The translations under genes were made by a program, and so were the position numbers. From Squalus acanthias (Eukaryota): a DNA stretch of 64,000 nt. The notes beneath the pieces were generated by a model. It was given only the letters and a program-made list of their open reading frames with translations, searched no databases and was not told the origin of the DNA. How positions within the stretch are numbered: position 1 is the stretch's first letter; every line of letters begins with the position of its first letter. Where the stretch lies: positions 52,268,001 through 52,332,000 of the forward strand of contig CM059432.1 of NCBI GenBank assembly GCA_030390025.1. Direction: 5' to 3'. Positions 48,020-62,270 of the stretch are shown piece after piece.

Positions 48020-49390
48020 CACTAATACAAATGGCTCAGCAAGCCAGGGGAGGGGCACCCAGGGTCTCGCACACAGCACTCCAGCTTTGTGCAGGGGGTC
48101 AACACTGCCAGACTGGCCCTCTACCCACAAGGACCAGGAGGCCCTCCAGAAAGAACAATGTGGGAGTACATCACTAAGGCCATCACTGCCAGTAGTGTTG
48201 CCCCCTCCACCTGGCTCCAGTGCCCAAAGAAGCTGCTTCATCTCAGACCACTGGTCAAGGTCAGTGAATGCATCTTCAAAAGCCGTCACCTACCAACTGA
48301 ACCATTAGCCTCACACGCTGCTCAATGCAGGACCCCCAATCACTCACCTACCAACAATCTGCACCAATGACGAGGCACATCTACCATTCCTAGCATCACC
48401 TCACCCCCTTGGAGGAGATGGTGCAGGCCATTCTTGGCAGGGGCATTGGCTGAGCCCTTGGCCAGCGGCGGGGCTGAAAGGATACAAGATGCGGGTATCC
48501 TCATACATTATCCTCCTTCTGGCATGCCCCTCTAGGTTTCCTGCCCTCCTGTCAGCACAACTCCACCCTTGTGTCTTCCTCATTTTACACCCCCAAGAAA
48601 TGCAGCCTGCCCAGCCAATGGGTCAACAAGAAGAGGCAGCCTGCCCAGCCAATGGGACCGCAGGCGGATGATTCCATCCCAGATATCCCGGCCACAAATA
48701 GGCTGTCTGGTATGCATCCTTCCGTCTGATTCCTCTTCTTCGGCTTCCTCCTCTGCGTTTTGCTCTTCTGCATCTTCCTCTTCCCTCTGCAAATGGATCC
48801 TGTAAATGTGAAATGACAGCATAAGATGCTGCAAATACTCAGTTGGTCAGGCAGCATGTCGACCTGAGACGTGAACTTAACGGATGTAGCGTGACCTGCT
48901 GAGTATTCGCAGCATGTTCTGTCTTCTCAAAGGCGTTCACTTACCATCCGAGCCCTTGCAAGCATCCAGCAGGACTCCCAAAACACTTTAAAAAAAAAAA
49001 CTTTGAACATATATTGCAGCAAGCCACCACTTCAATAAAATCCAAAACCCAAGGCCACACCCTTCCATTCAAACTTACCTGTTTGATGTGTGTGTCCCTT
49101 TAACAGCTGCAGCTATCGCCCCTGTCAGCGTCTGTCAGCCTACTTGCACGCCAGGTTAACCTGAATTGAGCGCTAGGGTCGAAGTTCGCGTAGGTGATGT
49201 TAAGTCAGTATTGCACACCGACTGACGTCACCATGCCGCCATTTTTTTTTACAGTGCGCCGGCAGCGCAAAGGGGCCCACAAATAAGGTGGTGACCGCGG
49301 GGACCACCTCCAGCTGGCGCAAGAGCGGCGGCCGCTATTTTTTCGAGAATCGCTTGCGCTAACAGGTGGCAGTAAGTATATGAATTTCTC
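48020..49390. mobile_element. Second Harbinger remnant with Myb/SANT-like fragment
   Basis: Plus-strand WEYITKAITASSVAPSTWLQCPKKL resembles the W...W.QC.KK trihelix motif of Harbinger accessory proteins; CpG-rich end near 49390. Confidence 0.55.
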
Positions 49391-51699
49391 GACGTCTATC
49401 TCTGTGCTATGCAAACCAGGAGGGTCCCAGGTTTAATGCCTGGACTGTGCTGAGTTAGTTGATCTCAGCCGGAATAGCAGTATTGTTGCTCCAATTGGCT
49501 ACAGTGATCCTGCTTAGAGAAGGGTTAATCAGCCATGGGTCCTGCCCCGATCACTGTATAACAGCCCTTAGTGGAAGTGGTTGTGTCTGGGTGTCAGGTA
49601 GGGATAGGAACAGGCTTGTTTATAATGGCATACGCAGTTGGGTAGCTTACAGGCACGCAAGGCTCACGTATGAATAATAGTCACAACAGGAGGGCAAATG
49701 TCTCCTGGCACCTAATTTGACAAAATGTCTTATCATCTGCACTGACGAATAGCGTGGTGGTGAAGAGTGCCCTTCGAGTTAGATCATTCATCCACAGCCA
49801 AGAACTCTCCAGCACAGCATGGCATGCTGTCCTTGAAATGGATGGCTGCTGTGGAGAAGAGATTGTTTACAAGCCTTAAGGAATGTATGTTTTGGACAGA
49901 AATTCTGAAGAAAATGTAATTGGCTGCTACTGAAGTATATCCCTAACAACTCTATAACAGAGGATTCTGTGCTTTATGGCTTGTTTCCTTGAACATACAC
50001 TTGAGATTGTGACTGGTAAATCATCAATTTAGGCCAAAGACTCCTTACCGTGTACTTGAATTTTGCTGCTTTTCGAACACAACAGAATATCAGACTGCCT
50101 GCTACAGTCATGATCTGGGGCTACATGCTATGACTTGACTCAACCACTGCAAGGACGGAATAGGCTGGACCCTGTATGTGCAATAACAGAATATGTCCAT
50201 ATAAATACCTTTCTGATTAAAATAACTTACATTTTGAGGTAAATATCAAACAGCAAACAAGTTATGTTGCCCACGTCCTATAAATGACTATAAAATGTTT
50301 TTAAACCATAGGAACATCTTGTTCTACTGTATCACACACAATTTTTATTTATGACCTTCTGGTTGAAAATCATCAAATAACAAAACACTACGTCTTAACT
50401 GGCGCAAGGTGAAGGACTGACTGTAAGACTAAGATGTTTTAAATAATGGCCCCTTGAATGCAGTGCCAGATTAAGACATAGGTAATTTAGGAAGGAGGGA
50501 CACCAAAATTCAACTCGTGTAAGTTTCAATTTAATGGTATTAGACAGGTTGCCTTAATCAAGCTTTGCATTTATGGGGCTGTTATTCAAAACATCAAACA
50601 TTCCTTCTGTTTGTTCCAGTTAAGATGCAGAGGCCAAAAATTCACAATCCAACTCCGCCACGGGGAAAATCACACCTATGAGCCTCACCCTACCAGATTA
50701 CTGGGTCAGGCAATCTGCATAATCCCGCAGGCGCCCATGCCATGCCATCCTGAGCACCTGTTAAGTGGGGCTGGGGGGTGGAAGCAGTGGGAATTCCAGT
50801 TGATGACACCATCCCACCAGATCCATGTCCTTTTTGATACATCAGGCTGCAAAGGGGGCAATTTCAACTGCCACTCACCCCTATCCCCAGAGGAAACCCC
50901 AGTGGAAGTATCTTTGGGGAGGAGACCTAACATCACTGTGTTCCATCCCATTTCCTGCCTCCACCTGTCCATTAACTTGATTACGCTTCAAGTCCATTCC
51001 AGCTCTCAAGGAAATTCTGTTTCCTATATTATTATTTGGCCAATTCTTTTCTATTTTCAGGCCTAGCAGACACTGTGCTTTGCTAGCATTTTCTGTTTTC
51101 ATTTAAGACTTCCTACACTTACAATTTTTTTTTCTTTTTCCAATTTCCAATATTTTCTCATATTATTGTTTGCGTGAACCATCACCATGTCATTGAACCC
51201 TTTCAGTTATTTATACGTTCTTTAGTTCTATTAATGTCTTTCCATTGCCCTACTGAGATGACCTTCTATCTCATCCTACAGTTCACTGTTAAGCAGTTTG
51301 GAGGTCATTCAACCCATTAGCTCTCTCTCTATTATTGGAGTATTTGTTTCTCGCCCTCCTGTTTTCTTTACTTTTTCCAATTTGCTTCAGTTAAGATTTT
51401 CAACATTTGCAGTTGTTTTCTTTTTTAATTTCTTGGAGCAAACTTATTTATTCACTAATGCCCAGCACCGGAAGACCAATTTAAATGGAAAGTGGATAAT
51501 TATTTGAAAAGGAAGAATATAAAAAGATACTGGGACATTGGATTAGAGTAGATAGCTCCAGTTGAAGAGTTAGCAGTGGCACAGGCATGATGGGTTGAAT
51601 GGTCTCTTTTGCTGTAATTTCTATTACTTTTATAGAAGAGCGGATATAAGTGGCAAAATAAATTCAATGTAAACAAGTCCAAAATGATGAGACTGGGGA

Positions 51700-52260
51700 A
51701 GGAGAACAAACACTGGAACTATAAACGAAATGGTGTTGGAAAAAGGATTTTTGGGTATTGGTGGATTGTGTGTAGCAATGGTATATCAGGCAAATAGGAT
51801 CTTGGAATAGAACATAAACCACAGGATGTGATACTGAGCCTATACAGTACATTGGTTCACCCCCTTCTGAAATATTATGTACAGTTGTGGTTATATATTA
51901 TGGCACTGGAAAAAAGTGCAGTAAAGAGCTACCCATCTGATACCCGGCATCAGACACCTGAACTACATGGAGAAACTATAGAAGCTGAGCTTGTTTACAC
52001 TACAGAAGAGAAAACTGAGAGGAATTCTTATTGAGGTATCCAAGATCTTTAAGGGTATCGACATGTTGAACCCTGAGAAACTATTGATCATGACCATGAG
52101 AATGAAGCTTAAAAGAGGGAAAATAAAGAGACTACTTCACACAGAGGGTAATGAATATTTGGAATGGAATTGATCGAGGCTGATATAATTAGAAATTTTA
52201 ACAGGAAGTTGGATGGGCAATTGGTGAGAAAATGAATTGAGCGATATAGGTAGTGAACTG
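51700..52260 (+). mobile_element. Ancient CR1 remnant
   Basis: LYSTLVHPLLKYYVQLW and KRKLRGILIEVSKIFKG motifs. Confidence 0.7.
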
Positions 52261-52292
52261 TGTGTTCCGTATTTGAACTTTGGAGCCAGCCC

Positions 52293-53075
52293 AATAACAA
52301 CGACAACAACTTGTATTTATATACAGTAGTTCCTTTAATGTAGTAAAACATCCCAAGGCACTTCACAGGAGCATTATAAAACAAATAAGGATATATTAAG
52401 GCAGATGACCAAAAGCTTGGTCAAAGAGGTAGGTTTTAAGGAGCATCTTAAAGGAGGGAAGAGAGATAGAGAGTGAAGAGGTTTAGGGAGGGAATTCCAG
52501 AGCTTAGGGCCTTGGCAGCTGAAGGCACGGCCGCCAATGATTGAACGATTCAAATCAGGGATGCTCAAGAGGTCAGAATTGGAGGAGCACCGATGTCTCG
52601 GAGGGTTTTGGGGCTGGAGGAGATTACAGAGATAGGGAGGGGCGAGGCCATGGAGGGATTTGAAAACAAAGATGAGAATTTTAAAATCCAGGCGTTGCTT
52701 AACCGGGAGCCAATGTAGGTCAGCGAGCACAGGGGTGATGGGTGAACGGGACTTGATGCGAGTTAGGACACGGGCAGCAGAGTTTTGGATGACCTCAAGT
52801 TTACGTAGGGTAGAACGTGGGAGGCCGGCCAGGAATGCATTGGAATAGTCAAGTTTAGAGGTAACAAAGGCATGGATGAGGGTTTCAGCAGCAGATGAAC
52901 TGAGGCAAGGGCGGAGTCGGGTGACGTCCGGAGGTGGAAATAGGCGGTCTTAGTGATGGCATGGATATGTGATCGGAAGCTGATCTCGGGGACAAGTATG
53001 ACACCATGTTTGAGAACAGTCTGGTTCAGCCTTGGACAGTTGCCAGGGAGAAGGATGGAGTCGGTGGCTAGAGAT
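52293..53075 (-). mobile_element. L2-type LINE 3' fragment
   Basis: LADLHWLPVKQRLDFKILIFVFKSLHGLAPPYL; (gtt)n tail. Confidence 0.85.
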
Positions 53076-53719
53076 CAAAATAGTCTTTTGTGGTATCTTC
53101 CTATGTTCCTTTGTTCCTATGCTAGGGTCCAGTTCCATAGCAGCTGGCTGCTTCTGGTACCTCAGCCAAGTGTTCATTTATAAGGCATGAATTTAGACAG
53201 TGATTGTTGACAAACCATTTGACCCAGGAGTCAAATAGCATCTCGTCTTCAACTGATATCTACACATGTATGCTTTACAGGAGGGGCCACTGGATTGTGA
53301 TCAGGAGGCCAGGCACATTAAGGCTAATTATTCTTCCCCCACTGCCACTCCAATTGAGAAAAGTAACTCAGCACAACTGAGGGTGGAATCTGGGACCTTG
53401 CTGGTCCTTTTGGCTGAGAAACATAGGCGGGCACTGATATTGTGAAGATCAATATTGCAGTTTTTATTTTTTGTGCTAATTTTCTCACTTCTCATTTCCT
53501 GAAAGTATTTGGCATGCTGCTGGCATGTGCATCCAATGTCACTGGACACCCCTCAGTGTTTGCCAAAGTGGTCATTATTGATGCAAGTTAGTACTGGTTA
53601 TTTGAACAGTGAAAGCATCACAGCCATATCTGATTCTGCCCTCACCCAATGTCCATGCAAGTGTATTTCCAGCAGTGGTTGCTGAATAGCACTGAGGTTG
53701 GGAGTGCCGTTAGGGCTGT

Positions 53720-54810
53720 GCAACTGGTGCAAAAAAAAAAGGAAAAAATAGAACAGATCCTGGCGAATGGGAAAGATACAAAGAACAGCAAAGGGTCACA
53801 AAACAGATAGTAAGAGCTACATAAAGGGAACATGAAACGAAACTTGCAAGGGATAGCAAATCAATATGAAGAATTTTTACAATTATATTAGGAAAAGGAG
53901 GGTAGTCAGGAGCAATGGTGGCCCCTTAAAAACTGAAAGCGGTGATATTGTCAATGATAATGAGGAAATGGCGGACATGTTGAATAATCACTTTGTGTCA
54001 GTATTTACAGTAGAGTAAGAGGATAGCATGCCAGAAATCCCAAGGAAACTAATATTGAATCAGGGACAGGGACTCAATAAAATTAACGTAAGTAAAATAA
54101 CAATAATGAAGAAAATAATGGCACTAAAGAGTGACAAATCCCCAGGGCCAGATGGCTTCCATCCCAGGGTTTTAAAGGAAGTAGGTGAGCACATGGTAGA
54201 TGCCCTAATTATAATCTTCCAAAGTTCTCTAGATTCAGGAACCGTCCCTTTAGATTGGAAAATTGCGCATGTCACTCTGCTATTTAAGAATGGCGAGAGA
54301 GGAAAACCAGGGAATTATAGACCAGTTAGCCTAACATCTGTTGTCGGGATATTGCTAGAGTCTATAATTAAGGATGGGGCGGCTGAACACCCAAAAGTTT
54401 TCAGTTGATCAGAGGGAGCCAGCATGGATTTGTGAAAGGTAGGTCATGCCTGACAAACCTGATTGAATTTTTTGAAGAGATGACTAAAGTAGTGGACAGG
54501 GGAATGTCTATGGATGTTATTTATATGGACTTCCAGAAGGCATTTGATAAAGTTTCACATAAGAGACTGTTAACTAAGGTAGAAGCCCACGGAATTGAGG
54601 GCAAATTATTGACCTGGTTAGGAAATTGGCTGAGCGGCAGGAGACAAAGAGTAGGGATAATGTACTCTAATTGCTAGGAAGTGACTAGTGGTGTCCCGCA
54701 GGGATCTGTGTTGGGTCTCAACTATTCACTGTATTTATTAATGACTTAGATGATGGCATAGAAAGTCATATATCCAATTTGCCGATGACACAAAGATAGG
54801 CGGTATTGTA
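53720..54810 (+). mobile_element. CR1 LINE internal RT fragment
   Basis: [66 protein letters not shown]. Confidence 0.9.
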
Positions 54811-55327
54811 GGCCTTATGAAGCTCAACGTAAGCTCGAGGAACAGCACCTCATCTTTCGATTAGGCACTTTACAGCCTTCCGGACTCAACACTGAGTACA
54901 ACAGTTTCAAATCATAACCACTGCTCTCATTGTTTCTGACAGCAAGTGCTGGTAATGTTTTAGATGCTATTAATGGTTCTGCTGTTGCTATTTACAGCTC
55001 TTCTAGACCCATCTTTTGTTTCTTAACTTGTCCCATTACCACCCCCTTTTGCCTTGCACCATCATCCCTTTTGTCATTTAATCTCTCCTGCCTTCCACCC
55101 TATCACAGGCCTTCCCTTTTGTTCTTTCCTCCCCTCCCCCCTTTCCCTGCCCCTGCACTTGCTTAAAACCTGTTCTATCTCCAGCTTTTTCCAGTTCTGA
55201 CGAAGGGTCATCGACCTGAAACGTTAACTCTGTTTCTCTCTCCACAGATGCTGCCTGACCTGCTGAGTATTTCCAGCATTTTCTGTTTTTATTTCAGATT
55301 TCCAGCATCCGCAGTATTTTGCTTTTG
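54811..55327 (+). mobile_element. Penelope-like 3' end with intact hammerhead
   Basis: AQRKLEEQHLIFRLGTLQPSGLN C-terminus followed by the 3' tail. Confidence 0.85.
55193..55229 (+). ncRNA. Minimal type I hammerhead ribozyme (Penelope-associated)
   Basis: AGTT-CTGACGA-AGGGTC atc GACCT-GAAA-C-GTT-AACT: conserved CUGANGA and GAAA boxes, helix I agtt/aact, helix II ggtc/gacc, palindromic helix III AACGTT. Confidence 0.75.
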
Positions 55328-55372
55328 AGAAGTGTCTTACTGAGTTCCAGTGAATGTTGAGACATAACATCC

Positions 55373-55373
<1 letters not shown>

Positions 55374-55402
<29 letters not shown>
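55374..55402. repeat. Poly-C tract
   Basis: Direct observation. Confidence 0.9.
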
Positions 55403-55403
<1 letters not shown>

Positions 55404-57099
55404 CACACCCTGCTATAGTGATGAGTGTGCATGGAATGGCTTGGACATTAAAGGGATGCTTTACGGTGTTGGTGTGGGGTGGTGTCAACCTGGCGCATCA
55501 TGTGGCAGCCAGGGTTTACAGCGTCAAGTGAAGTAAATCTGGCCATGGTGATGCCATTGCTGGCCTCCTGGGCAGCAATGTTGTCAGGGGCTGATGCCCT
55601 GTGTCCTGTGTAGCATCAGGTGATGGCGGAGAGGGTTGGTGTTGTTGTTGGTGCTGCTGGTGTGCCTGGTGATGTTGGTGTCGGGGCTGAGCGTGGAAGG
55701 AATCAGAGGAGCAAGGTGAGATAGTTTCAAGGCCAATCGGATTCGGACTGATGGTCTACAGGCCCCCGAGAGCTGTGTGTCTGACATGGTAATTGCTGGA
55801 CTGCCTGACACAATATGTTGAGAGTGCGTATGGCTAGCTGTGAGCTGGTGAATTAGCAGCCCTAAATGGTCGGAAGCTTGACTATTCAGATATTATACAA
55901 GAGTTTGCTGCAGCTAAAGCACAAGAAGCTAGTTTCTGAGTTATCATGCCATTTAGAGCACGGCTGCTTCTAATCGCTATCTAGTGACTCTTCCTGGAAG
56001 GTAAACATGTGTAGATTTCAAGTAAGAACAGAATTAGCTTTCGCTGTGATACCCTCTGTGGTCGAATATTCAGCCACCACAAACATGAAGAATGGCTCCT
56101 TAAGGTAGGTACATAGGAACATAGAAACAGGAGTAGGCTATTCAAGCCCTTAAGCCTGTTTCCATTCAGTTAGATCATGGCGGTCTGTATCTCAACTCCA
56201 TTTACCTGCCTTTGTTTCATATCCCTTGATACCCTTACCTAATAAAAATCTATCAATCTCAGTCTTGAAAATTTCAATTGACCCAGCATCCACAGTTATC
56301 TGGGGGAGCGAGTTACGAATTTGGCTTACACTGGTACTTGGTGCCTGTGGAAGTGAAAGCCAGTGCGAGCCAATGCCTTCATTAGAGAGGAGGGGAGAAA
56401 GTTGGCAAAAAGAACCACAAGATAAGCTGCTGGGAGAGCATTATGAAAAACACAAGTGAAAATGCTGGATGAGCACCATGGGCTCAGGGGAGAACACAAA
56501 GAGAGGCAGACAAGCAGCAGATGGGGCTTGACCAGCTCAAGTTCCAGTCTCTACAGAAGTCAAGAGAAAAGCAGGTAGAGAAGGGGAGTGGTTGCAAACA
56601 GGGACTCTGGCAAGATAATACAGATGCAGTGCAGGAACTGAAAAGGCATTTAACTGTTGCAGTTGTTCTGGGATCATGTTTTAGGAGAGTGACCTTTTAC
56701 TCCGTGTGTTAGGAGCTGCAGTCTGTAGGCACTCTGGTCTCTGCAGTGCAATGTCTGGGACTGGCGCCCTGTGTATATTCCACTGGAACCAGCAGCCTTC
56801 ACCCAACAATACATTCATAGATCAACATCTTTTTGTGGATGCATGTTGTAATCAGTTCTCTAAATCTCAGCTCATTTATACAATCCGCTGAAAGAAAGAA
56901 AACTGCAACTCTGCCTTTGGCTGCAGTGCTATAGCGTAAAACTACCTAAAAGAAATCAGAATCAGGATACCAGATGCAGCAGCAGGCCTAATAATCACCT
57001 TTATAAAAGACTGCATTACCCTTTCTCCTTAACTTCCCTCCGATTATTCCTTCTGTCTGAAATTGGTGACTCAGTAGATAGAACTGTTTCCAGTCAGTG

Positions 57100-57380
57100 A
57101 GGCAACATAGATATAAGATTAAATGTAAGAGATTTAAGACAGAAAGCAGGAGAAACTTTTTTTTTACACAGGTCATGAGGCTGTAGAATGCACAACTGGA
57201 GTTTGTAATTGAAGCAGAGACCGTGTCAACCTTTAAGAATAGATTAGATAGGTGGTTAAAGGAAAAGAAGATAAAAGGATCTGGGCACATAGGATTAGGA
57301 CTACTGCTGATATGGAGGATAAACAGCAACACAGACTTGTTAGGCTGAACTTCCTGTTTCCGTGTTGAAATTTCTATGTA
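57100..57380 (+). mobile_element. Old CR1 3' fragment
   Basis: aggagaaactttttttttacacag block resembling the CR1 RRNFFTQRV region; ttctatgta tail. Confidence 0.6.
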
Positions 57381-57391
57381 ATTCAAGAAAA

Positions 57392-58440
57392 ACAACTTGC
57401 ATATATATAGCGCCTTTAACGTAGTAAAACGTCCCAAGGTGATTCACAGGAATGTAATCAGACTAAAATTTATACCGAGCCAAAGAAGGAGTCATTAGGA
57501 CAGGTGACCAAACTCTTGGTCAAAGAGGTAGGTCTTAAGCAGCGTCTTAAAGGTGGAGAGGCGAAGAGGATTGGGGATGGAATTCCAGAGCTCAGGGCCT
57601 AGACAGGTGAAGGCATGGTTGCCAATTGGGGTGGGGGGTTGCTGCAAAGGAAGCAGGGGTTCAAGAGACCAGAGTTAGAGGAATGCAGTGTTCACGGAGG
57701 GTTGTGGGGCTGGAGGTTACAGAGATAGGGAGGGGTGAGGCCATGAAGGAATTTGAAGATGAGGATAAGAATTTTTAAATTGATGCGTTGGTGACTGGAA
57801 ACCAATGTAGGTCAGCGAGCACAAGGGTGATCGGTGAATGGAACTTGGTGCGAATTAGGATACTGGCAGCAGAGTTTTGGATGAGCTGAAGTTTATGGAG
57901 GATGGAAGATGAGAGGCCAGCCAGGGGAGCAGTGGAATAATTGAGTCTGGACGTAACAAAAGCATAGATGAGGATTTTAGCAGCAGATAAGCTGAGGGAG
58001 GGGTGATACCAGGCGATATTACGGAGGTGGAAGTAAGCGATCTTTGTGATGTAGAGGATATGGGGTCAGAAGCTCAGCTCCGGTTCAAATAGGACGCTAA
58101 GGTTGCGAATCGTCTGGTTCAGCCTGACACAGTAGCCAGGGAGGGGGAAGGAATCGGTGGCTAGGGAACAGAGCTTGTGGCGGGGGCCGAAGACAATGGC
58201 TTCGGTCTTCCTAATGTTTAATCGGAGAAAATTTCGCCTCAACCAAGACTAGATGTCGGACAAGCAGCCTGACAACACAAAGACAGTGGAGGGGTTGAGA
58301 GAGGTGGTGGCGAAGTAGAGCTCAGTATCGTCAACTTACATGTAGAACCTGATGTTATGACTTCGGATGATGTTGCCGAGAGGCAGCAAGTAGATGAGAA
58401 ATAGGCGCGGGCCAAGTCATACTGGGATATGGTTCCACAG
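57392..58440 (-). mobile_element. L2-type LINE fragment
   Basis: Colinear with 52293-53075 and 58982-59835, extending further into RT. Confidence 0.8.
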
Positions 58441-58981
58441 GAGTTGCAGATCTCCAGAACCTCACCAGAGTGTGCAACCTTCCTGTGTGAGCCTGGACAG
58501 TGAGTGTACAAGGCACGATCATCACCCCGTAGCTGCAAGGGTGGGTGTGTGTCTGTTTGGACAATGGGTGAGGGCAGGATCTGGCTTAGGTCTGATGCCC
58601 TGTGATTGAACAGTCTGCATCATTCACCCATGAATAATGGTTACTTGGTGTAGTATCAAAGTGTTACTACCTTTTGTAGGCCCATATGCCATCAATGTTC
58701 TCCCTTCTTGGCCTCTCATGAAGCCACCAACTTCTTGCTGCTGTACCATTCCACAGGCATCTTCTAGTGTTTCACCCAAGGACCAATTATTCATTAGTCT
58801 GATTTGACAGTGAATAGTGACAGCTGAACCCAATCCAGTCCTCACCTATTCATACAGATGCACGTCCAGCTTGGGATAGCAGTCAGCAGCAGAAATCCAG
58901 GCTGAATTTCTTCTCCCTACTGCAGGGACGCCAAAGTCAATTGTATTGCCTGTACTGCCACCCCTGTTGAGATCAGCTAAT

Positions 58982-59835
58982 ACAACAACAACAACTTATA
59001 TTTATATAGTGCCTTTAACGTAGTAAAACGTCCCAAGGCGCTTCATAGGATAAAAAAAATTTGACACCGAGCTACATAAGGAGAAATTAGGGCAGATGAC
59101 CAAAAGTTTGGTCAAAGAGGTAGGTTTTAAGGAGCATCTTAAAGGAGGAAAGAGAGTTAGAGAGGCAGAGAGGTTTAGGGAGGGGATTCCAGAACTTAAG
59201 GCCCAGGCAACAGAAGGCATGGCCACCAATGGTTGAGCAATTATAATCAGGGATGCTCAAGAGGGCAGAATTAGAGGAGTGTAGTTATCTCGGAGGGTTG
59301 TGGGGCTGGAGGAGATTACAGAGATAGGGAGGGGCGAGGCCATGGAGGGATTTGAAAACAAGAATGAGAATTTTGAAATCGAGGCGTTGCTTAACTGGGA
59401 ACCAATGTAGGTCAGCGAGCACAGGAGTGATGAGTGAACGGGGCTTGGTGCGAGTTAGGACACGGGCAGGCGAGTTTTGGATGACCTCAAGTTTACGTAG
59501 GGTAGAATGTGGGAGGCCAGCCAGGAGTGCATTGGAATAGTCAAGTCTAGAGGTAACAAAGGCATGGATGAGGGTTTCAGCAGCGGATGAGCTGAGGCAA
59601 GGGCGGAGACGGGCGATGTTACGAAGGTGGAAATAGGCGGTCTTAGTTATGCCACGGATATGTGGTCAGAAGCTCATTTCAGGGTCAAATATGACACCAA
59701 GGTTGCGAACAGTGTGGTTCAGCCTCACAAATGTTAGGGAGAGGGGATGGAGTCAGTGGCTAGGGAACGGAGTTTGTGGCAGGGACTGAAAACAATGGCT
59801 TCGGTCTTCCAAATATTTAATTGGAGAAAATTTCT
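58982..59835 (-). mobile_element. L2-type LINE 3' fragment
   Basis: High similarity to 52293-53075; (gtt)n tail. Confidence 0.85.
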
Positions 59836-60289
59836 AATAGCACAGATGGGATCATACCTAAGACCTACTTCATCTGCAGACAAACATTCTATCATTATGA
59901 CAATGCCCATTTAATTGTTCTATAACTTGTGTGCATTAATGACTGTTTATGACTTGTAACCACAGCACAACTGGAGTCAGTGTTGTTAGCAATAAGGTAA
60001 ATTGAAACCTGAGTCTCAGATCTGTATGTGTATTGTAAAAGAGATTGTCCCCAAGTTGCCAATCAGGGCATACACTCATAACTAGTATTAATTGAATTGA
60101 AGTTTGATCTATTACTGATCCTTTTTAATTTAAAACTGCTCTGTTATCAATGTTCCTGCAAACAAGAAAATTAGAGAATCCCTTCCTCACTGCATACTGC
60201 TTCAGTCAATAAAACAGAACCAATCTCTTATCTTGTATTCTTAGACACAAATCTACTCACCGAATATTTAAAATAAATCAAACAAACTC

Positions 60290-60770
60290 TGCTACCCATA
60301 TCCTATCCCCCATTAAGTCCTGCTCAGCCATCACCCTTGTCCTTGCTGACCTACATTGGCTCCTGGTCTCCCAACACCTCCAATTTGAAGTTCTCATCTA
60401 TGTAAATAAATCCCTTCTTGGCCTTCGTCCTTCCTATCTATGTAACCTCCTCCAGCCCTATATTACTCCCAGAACACTCCATTGCTCTGGCCCCTTGTGC
60501 ATCCTCCCTCCCTTTGCCCCACCGTTGGTGGCTGTGCCTTCAGCTGTCTTGGCCCCACACTCTGTTATTCCCTCCCTAAACCCTTCTCCCTCGCCACCTC
60601 CCTCTCCTCCTTTAAGACTTTCCGTAAACCCATCTCTTTGACCGAGCTGTTGGTCACCCCTCCTGATATCTTCTTCTTTGGCTCGACATCCATTTTTTCT
60701 GATTATGTCTCTGTGAAGCACCTTGGGATATTTTTATATGCTAAAGGTACTACATAAATGCAAGTTGTGA
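60290..60770 (+). mobile_element. L2-type LINE 3' fragment
   Basis: ITLVLADLHWL, TVGGCAFSCLGP motifs; tail aaatgcaagttg. Confidence 0.75.
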
Positions 60771-61196
60771 TTGAATTAATATTTTAACAAGGATTTCTTT
60801 CAATATGCCAACATGAACTGCTGTCAGTGATGTTATATAAATGCTCAACGCGCTCATAACAAATTCCTCTCTCTGCTAGTTCCCATTAAAGTAACACGGA
60901 GGAATTTGATATGACTGCAATAGATGTTCATACAGTAACATCACCAACAGTAGTTTTTACCTTCATATGTTAATCCAGAACACGGCTGTTAACTCCGACC
61001 CCTCCCCTCAGAAATGCAACACTTAGAAAGTGAAAGTGCCTGTCTTTAACAGGACACAATTTAATTTATCCCTATTAATAGCTGTATCTCATGTTTTTCT
61101 CATTGTATCATGGCCCGATTCTGTGATATCCCCTTATATATAAGCCCAGATGTCAGCTTGGCTCAGTAGTTGTTCAAGCCCTATTATGGACACATA

Positions 61197-62270
61197 GGGC
61201 CAGGATTTGCGGTGGGTATGATGGCGTACTCTCAGAATATGTCATCATACCACCTTTGAAATGGTTCGCAAGTTCGGGATTTCCGCACACGCTTGCGCAT
61301 GTGCTAAATTCCGAACTTGCGATCTGTCAAATTATGACTTAACAGATAAAAAAAAAGAAAGACTTGCATTTATATAACACCTTTCATGACCACTGGATGT
61401 CTGAAAGTGCTTTACAGCCAATGAAGCCAATGATCCACACTGATGTGGAAATCCTCATTGCTGACACAGAGTTGGGCTAATTGCCCATCAGCTGCCCAGC
61501 AATTACATATGAAGATTTTTACAGCTGATGGAAACAGAAACAGGGCCTGCTTGTATCAGCGTAAGGGATCCAAAAGATCCAAAGCATCGTTCGGCATGTT
61601 TTAACACCATTTTCATCTTGGATCGTTTGGTTATCTAGGAGAGAAATTCTATGTCAGTCGTTTGCAGCAGTGCTATTGTATTTTTCCCCCATTGCATTCC
61701 ATAAAATGTCCGAGATTTTGTACGGAAGTCTGTGGCTAATGCAAAGGGACCATTATTAAATAAGAAGCAGTCAGGGCCATCAGTGAGACCACAGGCCATC
61801 AGAACAGCGGTCCGCTTTTGATGCAGTTCTTTGTTGAGGCACTTCTCCCAATATATTCTCAGCAGTTGGACTGTTTAAGTTTCTGCGATCCGAGTGTACT
61901 GTTTGAGGTGTTTGAATTGATTCATAGATCGCCATCCCCATTAATAACTCAACTTCGTTAATTAAACATACACAAAGGACATGTTACAAAAATGTATTGT
62001 ATAGATGTTTATGCACATTTAAATCCCGGAAGGCACTAGTAATGAGGGTTTAAATGAATGAGACACCTGTTTCCTGCTTAGAGCACCAGACCCATGTGAT
62101 CCCAGGTACGCTTCCGCACATGCTGCGACCCTGGGACATTAAACTGCCCTCCAGCACGCAGCATCAAACAGCAAGTTTGCGAAGGAGGGACCCCATCAGG
62201 TAAGTTCACGTTTTATTCAGATACTGGTGGCGTACTGCGTAGGTACGCTTCCGACCGCAAAATTCAGGTC
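61197..62270. mobile_element. Probable Harbinger-type non-autonomous element with nested SINE tail
   Basis: Ends gggccaggatttgcgg...ccgcaaaattcaggtc; cccatgtgatccc block shared with the 39.2 and 42.9 kb MITEs. Confidence 0.5.
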
